Below are positions 13,596 through 26,709 of a stretch of 64,000 nucleotides of DNA, piece after piece. Numbering within the stretch: position 1 is the first letter of the stretch; each line of letters opens with the position of its first letter. Below the pieces are notes generated by a model. That model worked only from the letters and a program-made list of their open reading frames with translations, ran no database searches and was not told the origin of the DNA. The DNA is from Lama glama. Its lineage: Eukaryota. The DNA is taken from assembly GCA_028534125.1 (NCBI GenBank), contig CM052817.1:31064001-31128000 (forward strand), in the 5' to 3' direction. The translations under genes and the position numbers were made by a program.

Positions 13596-14158
13596 TCCAT
13601 GCCTATTTTATGTCAAGACACTTTGCATACTTAATCTTTGGTTTTGTGAAGCATTCTAAAATTACTATTTGATCTATTAGAGAATTTTGTAAGATACTGC
13701 TATCTAGCATATTTTGATTTTTTTTAAATTTGCTGAGATCAAATGCATACATTATCAGAGTACTCATATATATGTACACTTAATCTCAGAAACTACCTAT
13801 ATGGTTTAAAGAATACTGACAAAAGTATATTCAGCTTTTCAGTGTCTTCTGGATAAGAGTGTGCACTGTATGAGTAGAAAGAAGTTGTCTTCTGCAGGGA
13901 GAACTGTATGGATTCCAGTATATGATTCAGACATTCTTATCACCTGAAGATGTTTATTAATGTTCTAGGACCATTACGATCTCATATATTCATTAATAAT
14001 TATGTCTGTACGTTCCTTCATTTGGGCAATTTGTGGCATAAATTTTGTGACAGGAATGCCTTAGTTTTATCTTAAAAATTGGTGAAAGGATAAACACTGA
14101 AACCTCAAGATATAACCTTGAATTTTTGTTTTGTGATTTTTAAAAACTGTATTTTCAG

Positions 14159-14244
14159 GACTCTGAAGTTGATCCTGAAAAATTCTCCAGCAGGATAGAA
14201 TGTGAAAGTCCAAACAATGACCTCAACAGATTCCGAGGCTTCCT
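14159..14244 (+). CDS. ATP10D: ATP10D exon 5
   Basis: ttttcag|DSEVDPEKFSSRIECESPNNDLNRFRGF(L)|gtgagt; 86 nt; too short to appear in the ORF track. Confidence 0.93.
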
Positions 14245-14904
14245 GTGAGTGATACATGACTAATTGTGGGTGTGAATGGAATTGTATGTTGATTATATTT
14301 AACTCCAGAAAAAAACAAAAAACCTTTTGTGTTGTGTACTTATACCCAAGTTAAATCAGTAAAGGCTAAGCCACCTATAAATTTGGCTTATTTTCATCAT
14401 TTGATAAATACTTACCTTTGTATATATTTAAATCAACAACAAAGCCTTGTTCTTAAAATAAGCCTAGAGTTTCTTTCAGAAGTGTACGGATGTCTTACGT
14501 GAGCTCCAAAGTTAAGCCCAAGACATGTTAGTTATTTGGAAGGACGTGTTTGGGCAGGCCTGACAGCTTAAGTGACATGGCGGGATGGTGTCCTTCTACC
14601 CCATTAGAATTAGAGTGGCAGGTGGACAGTTCACTTGGTAAGTTAGTCAATGATTTTGAAACACATCTAAGAAAAGTTATGGGAAGCCACAACAGTGTTC
14701 ATTCTGGAGGCTTCCTGTGGCATCCACATCTCTTTCCAAGGGCAGCTAGAATTTAGGGTCTTACCTGACTTCAGGCTGGCTTCTGCCACTTAAGGGCTTT
14801 ATTTTTTGAGCCAAGTGACTGACTCTTTTTGATCCTTCCTGATTTTTAAGAGGAGCCAATTAGACCTACTTCATAGTGGTGATCTTGTGAGAAAATGATA
14901 GAGA

Positions 14905-17290
14905 AGAAAAAAGTTCCTAACTCATTTTTTGAGACCAGAATTATCCTGATACCATTAACCTGATACCAAAAGAATAGGAAGACATTTAGGGGAAGATTAA
15001 TATCCCTTATGAACACAGATGCAAAAAATTTACACAAAATTATAGCGAATCAAACTCAACAATACATAAAAGGATAATACGTAATAACTCAGTGAGACCT
15101 ATACTGAAAACTTTAGGCTTGGCTTAGTATTAGAAGATCAAACAATGTAACTTCCTGTATTCAAACTGAAAAAGAAAAACTGGCTGACAATCTCATGGTA
15201 ATAGAAAAAGCATCTGAAAAACTCTAACTTCCATTCTTGCAAACTGAAAAAATAAAAAAAATTTCTCAACCTGATGAAGGGTGTTTATTTAAAAAAAAAA
15301 ACCCACTTATTGTTGAAAGACTAAACACTTTTCCCCTCAGATCAGGAACAAGACCTGGATATTGTCTCTCACCACTTTTATTTAAGACTTTCCTAGAGGT
15401 TCTGGCTAATGTAGTCAAGAAAGAAAAGGAAGTAAAATCATCAAATAATAAAGAAGTAAAACTGTCTTTTATTCATAGATGATATGATGATCTTTGTAGA
15501 AAACCTGATGAAATCTACAAAAAAGCTACTAGAATTAATAAATGAGGTTAGCAATGTTGTAGGAAATAAGATCAGTGTACAAAAATCAATTATATTTCTA
15601 TATATTAGCAATGAACAGATATTGAAATTTTTTTAAAAAATCAATTTATAGTAGCATCTGAAAAAATGAAATATTTAAGAATAAATCTGACAAAAGATGT
15701 GAAAGACCTGAATGCTGAAAACCACTGAACACTGTTGAGAGAAACCGAAGAACTAACTAAATGGAGAGACATACGTTGTACATACATTGAAAGACTCAGT
15801 ATTGTTAGGATGTCAGGTTTTCCTCAGCTTGATCTATAGATTCAGTGTAATCCCAGCTGAAATCCCAGCAAGGATAATTTTTTAAGAAATTGACAGGTTT
15901 ATTGTAAAAATTTATGTGGAGATGCACAGAACCATCTAACTAAAACTGCTGTGAAAAAGAAGAACACATGTGGAGGGCTAACACCGCCTGGCTTCACTTT
16001 GGCACAGAGGTAGTCCAGCAGGTCACTGGGAAAGACTACAGACTCCAGAAACTGACCCAGACACTTATGGACACTGGCTTTTGACAGAGGTGCAAAGGCA
16101 GTTTAGTGGAGAAGTGTTAAGTCGTTTTAACAATTGGTGCTGCAGTAATTAGACATCCATACTCAAAAAAAAAAAAAAAAACCTCAATCCAGACCTCTCA
16201 CCACTTAAAATAATTAACTAGAAATGGATCCTGTACTTAAATGTAAACCTGAAATTATAACACTTAGAAGAAAACATAGGGGAGATCTTTGGTATCTTGG
16301 ATTAAGCGAAGATTTCTTAGATAAAACACCAAATGCACAATCCATAGAAGGACAAAAATAAGTAAATAAAAGAACTTCATCAGAATTAGAAATTTATTCT
16401 CTTCAAATGACATTACTGAGTGAATGAAAACGAGTCACAGACTGGAGGAGAATATTTGCAGTGCATGTATCTGATAGAGGACTTGTATTTAGAATATATC
16501 AAAACTCAGTAATAAGTAGGCAAATAATATAGCTTTTTAAATGGTAAAAAAAAATTGAACAGACATTTCATCAAAGAAGATACATGAATGAAAAATACCT
16601 GTGTGAAAAGATGCAAGTTCCAAACCATAGAGCTACAACTGCTAAATTAAAAGGACCTACTGTACCAGCTCTTCACAAGGATGTAGAGGAAATGGAACAC
16701 TCCAATACTGTTGGTAGGAATGGAAAATGCAGCAACCACTTTAGAAAACAGTTTGGAAATTTCCTTAAAAGTGAAATATTCATTCACCATATGATGTGGA
16801 CATCCCACTCCTAAGTAGTTACCCAAGAGAAAAGAAAACGTTTATCCATGTACTAATCTGTACACAAACAAGCAAAGCAGCCTTGTAATAGCCTGAGACT
16901 AGAAACAATCCAGATGTCCATCAACAGGTAAGTGGATAAACAAATGGTGGAGTATCCATACAAGGAATACTACCCCGCAGCAAAAAGGAATTCACTAGCA
17001 ATACATGCAGCCACGTGGATGCATCTCAAAATAATTATGTTGAGTGGAAGAAGCCAGGCCAAAAAGAATACATAGGATTTGATTTATATAATCTTCAAAA
17101 ATGAAAGCTAATTTATAATGATAGAAAACAGGTTAGTGGGTACCTGGGATCGGGGGGCAGGTGGGAAGAATGGATTACAAGAAGGCATAAGGAAACTTTG
17201 GGGAATGCTGGATATGTTCACTTTCCTAATTGTGGTGATGGCTTCACAGGGGAAACATCAAAATATCCATTTTTACACTTTAAATTTTAG
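14905..17290 (+). mobile_element. Old 5'-truncated L1 (L1M-type), ORF2 3' half plus 3' UTR
   Basis: Decayed ORF2 peptide (ERLNTFPLRSGTRPGYCLSPLLFKTFLEVLAN) and an L1M 3' UTR. Confidence 0.85.
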
Positions 17291-20200
17291 AGAAAAAGTT
17301 ATCATGGAAGAAAGTTTAGAACATGGTGGCAGCATCTTTAAGTAGCACCTGATACAGGCAGACGGTAGGGCAGGGACAGGGGCTATGCAATGGGAAAAGG
17401 GACAGGCTTGGTCCACATAAAGAGAGAATGCCAGAATTAAATCACCAAGAAGAAGAAGATGCCAGGCAGGCAACTAAATGGAAAGAATGGCTGATATTCC
17501 AGGTTAAGGGAGCAACACAGGCAATGGCATAGAAGCCTGAGACCATGGTGCATTTGTGGAGTTATAAGTGGTTAAGTATGTTTGGAGTAGGTGAGCAGTA
17601 AGGTAGATCATAAAGAGGTGAGATCATGAAGAGACATTAGCAGATGCCCCTGTCATCAGAAACATGCTCATAAGCCATCTCTTAGGACGAGTCATTTTCT
17701 GGTATTATTTTTCCAGCTGCTGATTATTATAAAATTTCCTCTTGTGGATGTCAGACTAAGGGGCTACCATTTTTGACCTGGACCTCAGGACCTCAGTCCA
17801 GCTTGTACCACCCATCACTGGAAACTGACTCCCCTGAGAACATCAGACTTGCTTCTGGCACAATTATAGACAGGAAGGAATAGGGAGGAACTTCAGTCTA
17901 TCACTGTGTGATTTGGAACATAGATCTCTGCCCAGAATCTGACTCAGAGCATGTAAAGTTAGTAGAATCAGCCCAGGTGGGTACAGTAATTTTTTGTGGA
18001 ATTACTTTTATCTGCTGAACTAGCTCCTTATCGTTTCCCCAATGTGTGGTCTATTCTCTTTAAAATCAGCAAAAATTGAGATACTCAAGCCCACTCTTGA
18101 TGGGATTTTGATGGCTTCGCTGATCTTACTCTGACCTTCCCTATTTGTGCCCGCTTTGTATTCTGAATATCAGATTCCTATCATAGTAGATGTAGTAATA
18201 TTTTTTATTACACTTACATATTTCTGTTATCAGTCACCTCCTCTTAGACCACAGGAGCCAAGACTGTGTAAGTTTGCTTTTCTGTCCTCAGCATCTGGGT
18301 CAGAGTGCTGGGCACATGGTGGATGTTATGTAGGCTCTTGAATGGTTAAGAGCTCCGTGGACAGTCAGTCTCTCATATAGAATCCCACGCCCTAAGTGCC
18401 AAATACACACCCATCAAGTGCAGGAGGTGTTTAGAGTTTGGAGCAGGTGCAATCAAGATAACAGCTGGGCTTTGATGTAATGGTGAAACATAAGGATCCC
18501 AGGGTGAAAAACCTTGATGCACTAAGGAACTTTGGAACTGATGCTTTTGTATGTTATATCTGTTCCTATAAAGTGCTAGGGATAACACATGCTCTATTAA
18601 TGAGGATTGTGTGATGCTTGCTTGGGCATTGTACATGGGAATGTGAATGTTGGGATTTAATTTCCTCATCTGTAAATCCAGGAAGTAGAATTAAACTCAA
18701 GGACACTGCTAGTTCTATGACCCTGTGATTGCCTCTCTGTGAACCCATATATGTGAAGGAATGTAAACACACACGTCTTAGAAGAGAGTGCTTTACAAGT
18801 TAGAGGAGTGAAATGACAAACCTATTTTTCTCCTCCTTTGTGGTATGAAACCTTCTTTGAAGAGCTTTTATTTTCTTTTTCTTCTAATTCCAGGGAGCAA
18901 GGATGGCAAATACAGTGACAATTTTTCTATATGTAACAAAGAAGAAACAACTTATAGACTGAAGTATATTGCTTGAAAAACTAATTTTAATGCTGAAATT
19001 AAGAATGCATTTTCACAAAATATGTGAAATACTTTTTGCTCATTTAAAATTTTTTTCCAATCAGTTTGTATTTTTTGCCACTGTAGTAATTTAATCAAAC
19101 AATTGCTTTGACAATTTTAAAACTGTTTATTACAGAAGATTTGAAACATGCAGAAGCAGGGAGAAAAGTATAATGAACACCCCTGGGCCCTCACCCAGTT
19201 CTAACTATTTCATAATTTTGCCAATTTTGTTTCAGTTATCTTCCCACTTCCTTCCACATCCCTACATAACATCATTTTACAGTAAGTACTTCACTATGAG
19301 TATAGGAGTAGCAGAAAAGGACATTAAAAAAAACATAGTCACAACATCATTATCACATGTAACTAAATTAAGAACAGCTTCTTAATAGCACTAATACCTA
19401 GTCTTTGTTCAAATTTCTCAAAAAAATTTTTTTCTTCAGTATATTCTAACCAGGATCAAAACAAAGTTCTGCACATTGCATTTGGTTGATCGGTCCCTAA
19501 ATTTCCCCTCCTAAGAAATTGGATCATGTAACTTGTAGAATTCACCACATTCTAGATCTAGCTGAGCATCTGTCTTGTATCAAGTCCCCCACCCTGTCCT
19601 TTTGCACCCCCCTCCCATGCTACTCATTTGTTGAATAAACCAGGTCATTTTGCCTACAAAGGTTACCACTGCAGATTTGGTAGATTTGGCCGACTGCATC
19701 CTTGTAGTGGTGGCTAACATGTTTTTCTGGCCTTATTTCCTGAAAACTGCCCAGAGGCACTTTCAGAATCTTATGAAAGAAATAGTTTCTGTCCTAGAAA
19801 ATGACAAGTGTATATGCATCTACATACATAGACATACACAGGGAAATACTGCATACAGTTTCAAAGACTTCACAGGTCCCCTGATGCTACAGACCCTAGT
19901 CTGATTTGCCCTTATAAAGGCTTGATTAGGTTCCCAAGGAGATGGACATTTTCTATCCCTTACCATGTGGAGGCCCAGGATGTCCCCTTGTCCATTGGTA
20001 GTTCTGTTAAGATTGGTGTCGTCAGCCTCATGCTTTCATCGTAAGTTCCCCACCAGCCTTCCACCTAACGGTTTTAGCAGTCGCTGATCATCATTGATGG
20101 TCCTTGATTTCAGCTGGATTGAAAAGGGTAATTTTCTAATTCCATCAAGAACTTTTCCTCATCAGCTATTAAGTTACCCCAAAATACAGTTTCTGCTAAA

Positions 20201-20461
20201 AAAGCAGTTTCTTTATTTCGAGTATTTTTTAGATTTGTAGGACTAGAAGTTGAGAAACAATGAATAATAGAAAACAGAATTAGAAATCCTTTGCATCTTT
20301 TTCCCTGAAATAATAAAAGCAATGCATCAGAGATTTGAAACTTTTCCTGTGAACTGCCTAACCTCATACTCCAATCAGGAAAACTCAAAAATCATGATTT
20401 TTATTTTTACATTCCCAATTTTGCTGTTTAAAAATAAATCTGTATGCTGTCTTTCTTACAG

Positions 20462-20568
20462 AGAACATTCTAACAAAGAACGTGTGGGTCTCAGTAAAGA
20501 GAATTTATTACTTAGAGGATGCACCATCAGAAACACAGAAGCTGTCATGGGCATCGTGGTTTATGCAG
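20462..20568 (+). CDS. ATP10D: ATP10D exon 6
   Basis: ttacag|[35 protein letters not shown](G)|gttggt; 107 nt. Confidence 0.95.
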
Positions 20569-20840
20569 GTTGGTTACTGACTTTTCACCACTGTCTCCTC
20601 TGGGCTTTTCTACAAGTTAACTTTTCCTGTTTACTCAGAATACAATTTCCAGAAGCAGAAAAGGAAACCCTAGTCTTTGGTTTCTGTTTTTCTAAATGGA
20701 TCACAAAAGCAAACTAAATTAACAAAATATGTTATGTGACTGCTTTTTATCAGGTTGTCTACTGGAGAGTTTTTAAAAGACGATGTTTGCTACCTGGCTT
20801 TAACTTGCACATTTTCTGGCATCCTGTGTTACCCATATAG

Positions 20841-20972
20841 GCCATGAAACCAAAGCAATGCTGAACAACAGTGGACCAAGGTATAAGCGGAGCAAATTAG
20901 AGAGAAGAGCAAATACAGACGTCCTCTGGTGTATCCTGCTTTTGGTTATAATGTGTTTAACAGGTGCATTGG
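20841..20972 (+). CDS. ATP10D: ATP10D exon 7 (TM3)
   Basis: tatag|[43 protein letters not shown](G)|gtaggt; 132 nt. Confidence 0.95.
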
Positions 20973-21384
20973 GTAGGTAGAATTTGATTATTTCCTGACA
21001 TCTTTTCAGCAAGATATTAATTTAAATGTGTTTTATTTTCAAAATGATATTTATGAGTTTAAGTTTGACTTCTGTAAAGGTTTTATTTGCCAATAATGCT
21101 TTCTTCACATCTTCATCTCTCTCATTCTCCAAACTGAAAATCATTAATATTGATTATATCCAGTTACATGTAGTCACAGTACTAAAGGGACCTAAGAAGA
21201 GATGTAAAGAGAGAGACTGAGACAGAAGAATGTGTAGCCTTTTAAATTTGAATTTGTTTCTCAAAACAAACTCTTGGTGTTCAGCCAAAGTAAATACTCT
21301 TATACCTCTTTCTTTAGAAATAAAGTTCTGTATTTGCATAGTGTATATGTAGCATCCTTTTGATGTCTGTGTGTTTTTTGAAAG

Positions 21385-21512
21385 GTCACGGAATCTGGCT
21401 GAGCCGATATGAACACATACCCTTTTTCAATATCCCTGATCCTGATGGACATGTCATATCGCCATTGTTGGCAGGATTCTATATGTTTTGGACCATGATC
21501 ATTTTGTTACAG
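21385..21512 (+). CDS. ATP10D: ATP10D exon 8
   Basis: gaaag|HGIWLSRYEHIPFFNIPDPDGHVISPLLAGFYMFWTMIILLQ|gtaatt; 128 nt. Confidence 0.95.
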
Positions 21513-21627
21513 GTAATTTCTCTTGGACTTATGACAGAATTTTAATATCTTTGCGACTTACCCAGCTACATTTGGTTTATCATCCTTTCTTTTCCCCTTT
21601 AACAGTTTTTAAATTGGTTCTTCTTAG

Positions 21628-21707
21628 GTCTTGATTCCCATTTCTCTCTACGTTTCCATTGAAATTGTGAAGCTTGGACAAATATACTTTATTCAGAACG
21701 ATGTGGA
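21628..21707 (+). CDS. ATP10D: ATP10D exon 9, 5' part (TM4 PISL motif), cut off by the gap
   Basis: cttag|VLIPISLYVSIEIVKLGQIYFIQNDV runs directly into the N tract. Confidence 0.93.
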
Positions 21708-22207
21708 NNNNNNNNNNNNNNNNNNNNNNNNNNNNNNNNNNNNNNNNNNNNNNNNNNNNNNNNNNNNNNNNNNNNNNNNNNNNNNNNNNNNNNNNNNNNN
21801 NNNNNNNNNNNNNNNNNNNNNNNNNNNNNNNNNNNNNNNNNNNNNNNNNNNNNNNNNNNNNNNNNNNNNNNNNNNNNNNNNNNNNNNNNNNNNNNNNNNN
21901 NNNNNNNNNNNNNNNNNNNNNNNNNNNNNNNNNNNNNNNNNNNNNNNNNNNNNNNNNNNNNNNNNNNNNNNNNNNNNNNNNNNNNNNNNNNNNNNNNNNN
22001 NNNNNNNNNNNNNNNNNNNNNNNNNNNNNNNNNNNNNNNNNNNNNNNNNNNNNNNNNNNNNNNNNNNNNNNNNNNNNNNNNNNNNNNNNNNNNNNNNNNN
22101 NNNNNNNNNNNNNNNNNNNNNNNNNNNNNNNNNNNNNNNNNNNNNNNNNNNNNNNNNNNNNNNNNNNNNNNNNNNNNNNNNNNNNNNNNNNNNNNNNNNN
22201 NNNNNNN
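21708..22207. other. Assembly gap (500 N placeholder)
   Basis: Run of exactly 500 N. Confidence 0.99.
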
Positions 22208-23396
22208 CGTTGAGAGGAAAATGGACAAAATTGGACCTTGTGTAAAAATTATGGCCCTAGAAAATCAAAAAGATTAATAAAAGCAGTGCTTCCCCCAAAA
22301 GAGGAATATATACCACTGTGGTATATACAGTGGTTGTAGGTGGTACTGTACACTTCACTAAACTACACTGACTGCCGCATTAGATAATTCTCTTTTGTAC
22401 TTTGGATTGTGTCAAAGAAATAATCTGTTCGGGGTATTGTGTTTTATCGCAGTAACTCTTGCTAATTTACCTTTGTAACAAAGGCGGATCAGACCCCAGA
22501 CTCAGCACTGTTTTGACAGGTAATGCTGATATTGCATTTAAAGGAGTAATCTGCTTTTCTTTCTAAATAAAGTCTCTAACTTAAATAGTAAACCAGTTGA
22601 CAGAAAAATATTAAGAAAAATAATAATGCAAGCTACATGTAGATATGAAGGTGGACAGTGTATAGTGTGATACACAGAGCTCTATTTCTTGCTCATGTAA
22701 ACTTACCAGGGTTCTAGACAGCTCTAGAGCAGTTGTCCTCTGAGGGTTGGCTCAGTGACCCCAGGTGTCTTGTAGCTGTACCATCTGGAATTATCCCCAA
22801 GAAGAACTTCTTGGTTGACATGGAAAAAAGGGGACAGTATGGAAAATTGCATACCCGTTCTTCCATACTTCCAGCTTGAAGCTTTTGCAAGCTTCCCATT
22901 ACCTTTCATTGGTCAAAGCAGGACATGTGGCCATGCTTAACTTCAGGGGGGTGGAGAAGTGCAATCCTCTTGAATGCTTATTGGGCAAAGAGAATGAGAA
23001 TATTGGTGCGCAACAGTAGTGTCTACCACCTACTTAAGTGGATTAAGTCTGAGGTTCACTGGATTAATGAAGACACAGACAAGTGAGTTGACTATATGGA
23101 AAAATACAGAAAGAATCCAAATGCATCATGGTGCATGGACAATACAAAATAAACAAGTCATCAGAATTACTTCTTGGCTTTTAACTTAAGCTTTGTAGAA
23201 TTTAAACAGTGATATGAGCTATTTACGAAAGATGCTTTTGCCTTCTCTCTTCTATATTTTGTTTGGTTCACTAAGGTTTGTTATACCATTTACCTACTGC
23301 TTAGAGTATTGTCTCTTCAACACAGCAGATGTTGCCCGACTGCAAAATCCTATCAGAGAAAGCATGTTCATCTCCCCTGCTCTTCTTGTCCTGCAG

Positions 23397-23584
23397 ACTT
23401 GGATCCACGGGCTGGTCATTGTTGGGAGCATCTTGTCTTATTTTTTATTTGCCTTGGCTTTTGGAGCCATGTGTGTAACTTGCAACCCACCATCCAACCC
23501 CTACTGGATTATGCAGGAGCACATGCTGGATCCAGTGTTCTACTTAGTCTGTGTTCTCACCACCTGTGCTGCTCTTCTGCCCAG
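23397..23584 (+). CDS. ATP10D: ATP10D penultimate exon (exon 22; last TM segments)
   Basis: ctgcag|TWIHGLVIVGSILSYFLFALAFGAMCVTCNPPSNPYWIMQEHMLDPVFYLVCVLTTCAALLP(R)|gtatgg; 188 nt. Confidence 0.94.
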
Positions 23585-24439
23585 GTATGGTATTTGTTTT
23601 ACCATCAAGAGAGTACGTGACATCATAGGCTTAGAATTCTTCAAGCAACTGCTAACAATGGCTGTTAGACCATCCGGGAGTAGTGAAGAAGTCAGTCTGT
23701 GTACTAGTTAAAATACTGGTTTTAACGCTTTCACCAGAGAACAAAAGTGGCTTAAGCAGATGAAAAGATTTATTTCTCTCTCAAGGAAGATTCTAATCTG
23801 GTTGACAGTCCACAGGGTTAGGGCAGCTTTGTTTCACAAAGTTATCCAAGGGCTTAGATCCTTTCCTGTCCTTTTTGTTCTGCCATCTCCCAAGGGTGTT
23901 GCCCTCATTTGCATAACTGAAGATGACTCACCACCAGCACATCCACATCCCTGCATCCTTGCAGAAAAGATGGAGGGCATACAGTTTTCCAGCTTTCCTC
24001 CTGGCTTTTTTTTCTTTCCTGCATTGGCATGACCCAGACATGGCACACATCCTTGCTCATATCCCATCAACTAGAACCTTGGTGTGCAGACGCTGAGTGG
24101 GTAAAATCTGGGGGTTTCTAAAAGGAAGAAGGGGAGAATGAGTCCTGGGGGACATGTAGCAATCTTTAGTACAGACTCTAGACATTGAAAACTTACCTCC
24201 TTTCTCTGATTTCAATTATCATTCCCACTTTCATTTAACTCAGTTTCTTATATGGGATGGAAATGGCTAAGAAGTATGCATGGGTTTTTAATCTATAGAT
24301 TCTTCAAATTCTTTAGAGCTCTTCCCCCTTAAGTTTTATAATATCTATCTGTTTAGTTGAAAACGTGATAGCAAATAGTTGTTCTACCTTTTTAAACATG
24401 ATATGAGCATCAAAATGGTGATTTCATATTATTCTCTAA

Positions 24440-24650
24440 CAGGCTTGACATATTGGCTCACAGGTCAAACTTGGCCCATTGCCTGTTTTTGTAAATAAAG
24501 CTTTATTGGCACATAGGCATCCTCATTAATTTAAGTATTATCTATGACTGCTTTTGCACTACAACAGCAAAGTTGAATAGTTCCAACAGAGACTACCTAG
24601 CTCACAAAGCCTGAAATATTGTCTGGACCATTGGACAAAAGTTTGCCAAC
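24440..24650. mobile_element. MER58A-like hAT DNA transposon relic
   Basis: GCCTGTTTTTGTAAATAAAG...CACTACAACAGCAAAGTTGAATAGTT...AAAGCCTGAAATATT...AAAAGTTTGCCAAC. Confidence 0.7.
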
Positions 24651-24943
24651 GTAGCCTGTAACACCATCATAAGACATGATGGGCACAAACCCTTTATTGC
24701 TGACAGATACCCCTTCTAGAAATGCATAAGAGAAACCCACCTGACTCATTCTGTGGTTCCAGTTATTTACATAATAATATCATGGTTAACCTGAGATGCT
24801 TCTGTGGTGCTGTTATTACCAGCTTTCCGATTAAAAACTGACAAGATGAATTTGTAGAATTTATGAAGAAACAATTACTTTAAAGTTATAACCTGAAAAA
24901 ATTTCTTTAAGAGCATTAACAGTATAATTCTATCTAATATTGT

Positions 24944-26240
24944 TCTGGTAAGCTGAAAAAAATAACCCTCTAAACTATATGCATGTCTTATCTCTGGAAC
25001 CTTTGTTTCTTTATGTAGCAAAAAAGGAATTTGCAGATGTGGTTAAGTTAAGGATCTTGGGAGGGGGAGATTATGCTGGGTTATCTGCCATCACAAGTAT
25101 CCTTGTAAGAGAGGGGCAGGGGGAGATTTGACGCAGAAGAGGAGAAAGCATTTTGACCAGGGTAACAGAGATCCCTTGGTCACAATGGGAGGAATGCCAG
25201 CAGCCACCAGAAACCAGAAGAGACAAGGAATGAGTTCTCCCCTAGAGCCTCCAGAGGGAGCACAGCCTTTCCAACACCTTGATTTTGTTTCAGTAAAACC
25301 AATTTCAGAACTGAGAGAAAAAGGTTTTGTTGTTTTAAGTCACCAGCTTTATGGTAATTTATTATAGCAGCCATCAGAAACTAATACAGATTTTGGTATG
25401 AGGAAGGCGGGTGGTGCTGTAACAAATACCTAAAAATGTGAAAGTGGCTTTGAAATTAGATAATGGGCAGAGGCTGGAAGAATTTTGAGGCACATAGTAG
25501 AAAACTACTAGACTCCCTTAAACAGACTGTAGGTAGAAATATGGACGTTAAAGTGCCTGCTGGTGGGAATTCAGAAGGAAGTTGGAAGATGGGTAGAGAA
25601 AGCCATAGCATATCATCTTAGAAAATACATAAACAGTCATAAATTGAATGTTGCTAGAAATATGAATGTTAAAGGTACTGCTAGTGAGATCTCAGAAGGA
25701 AATGAGGAACATGTTATTGGAAATTTGAGGATAGGGGATTTTTGCAATATAGTGGCGGAAAACGTAGTTGAATTGTGTTCTACCGTTATGTAGAAAGCAG
25801 AATTTGTAAATGATGAGCTTGGATATTTAGCTGAGGAGTTTTCTGAGAAAAGCAGCAAAGGTTTGGCCTGGTTTCTTCTTGCTGCTTATAGTAAAATGTG
25901 AGAGAAAAGAAATGGAGGGAAGTACTTTTAAGTCCAACAGAACTAGATTTAGGAAATTCTCAGCCTATCTAGATTTCAAAAGGTACTAAAATCAGGAGAC
26001 TGTTTGGGAGTATGCCCTAGAGAGAAGACCAGGAGTGTGGCTGGACAGCCTTTTGCTGGCGCTGAAGAGATGAGGTGTGCGACTCGTGAGTCCCCTCAGC
26101 CACCTCAGCAGCCACCAAGAAAGAAGGTGGGATTACACAGGAAAGATCTGTGGAGGACCCTCTTATCTAATGGTATAAATCCCCATGACATACATTGGAG
26201 ACTCACAAGGTTTTTGAGAATGCTATAGCGGCATAATTAC
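24944..26240 (+). mobile_element. MaLR element: MLT1-type LTR (to 25388) followed by MLT1 internal sequence
   Basis: LTR motifs TTTGCAGATGTGGTTAAGTTAAGGATCTTG and CCCCTAGAGCCTCCAGA, end GAAACTAATACA; internal part starts GATTTTGGTA...GCTGTAACAAATACCTAAAAATGTG. Confidence 0.8.
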
Positions 26241-26639
26241 TGCCACTTTGGCCAGAAAGGGACAAGTTTGTAGTAATTCGTTCCCATAGCTTTAGGAACC
26301 AATAGCTAGCATTTAAAAATATATTACGTGCCAACACTCTGCCTGCTTTGTATGTTACTATCTCATTTAACTTAACATTAAGCCTGTGATGTAGCACTAT
26401 TGTATCTTGACTTTTACAGATTTTCTTTATTTCATTATTTATTTGGCAATAGGGAAGTCACTAAATGCTTTACAAATATTTAATATTATTATTATCTCCA
26501 TTTTATAGTTCACTTGTCTTCCTCCTTTACTTCAGCAAGGGCCACCAGACCCTCTTACTTTTTCTGATTGGCGAGTATTTCTTGTGTCCCATAGTGCATT
26601 TGAGGTGAATGTAATTCTGTGATGCTTTTTGTAACCTAG

Positions 26640-26709
26640 GCTTACATACAGAGTTCTTCAGGGATCCCTGTTTCCATCTCCAATTCTGAGGGCTAAGCAT
26701 TTTGACTGA
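26640..26709 (+). CDS. ATP10D: ATP10D last exon, coding part (early TGA)
   Basis: acctag|G CTT ACA TAC...; (R)LTYRVLQGSLFPSPILRAKHFD* with TGA at 26707-26709. Confidence 0.88.

Noticed and set aside
21631..22245. Long ORFs of 170-220 aa here and at 47781-48455
   Set aside because: Artefacts of translating through N runs.
24944..26240. MLT1 LTR as an alternative promoter or terminator in the last ATP10D intron
   Set aside because: Old, degenerate element with no sequence-level evidence of use.
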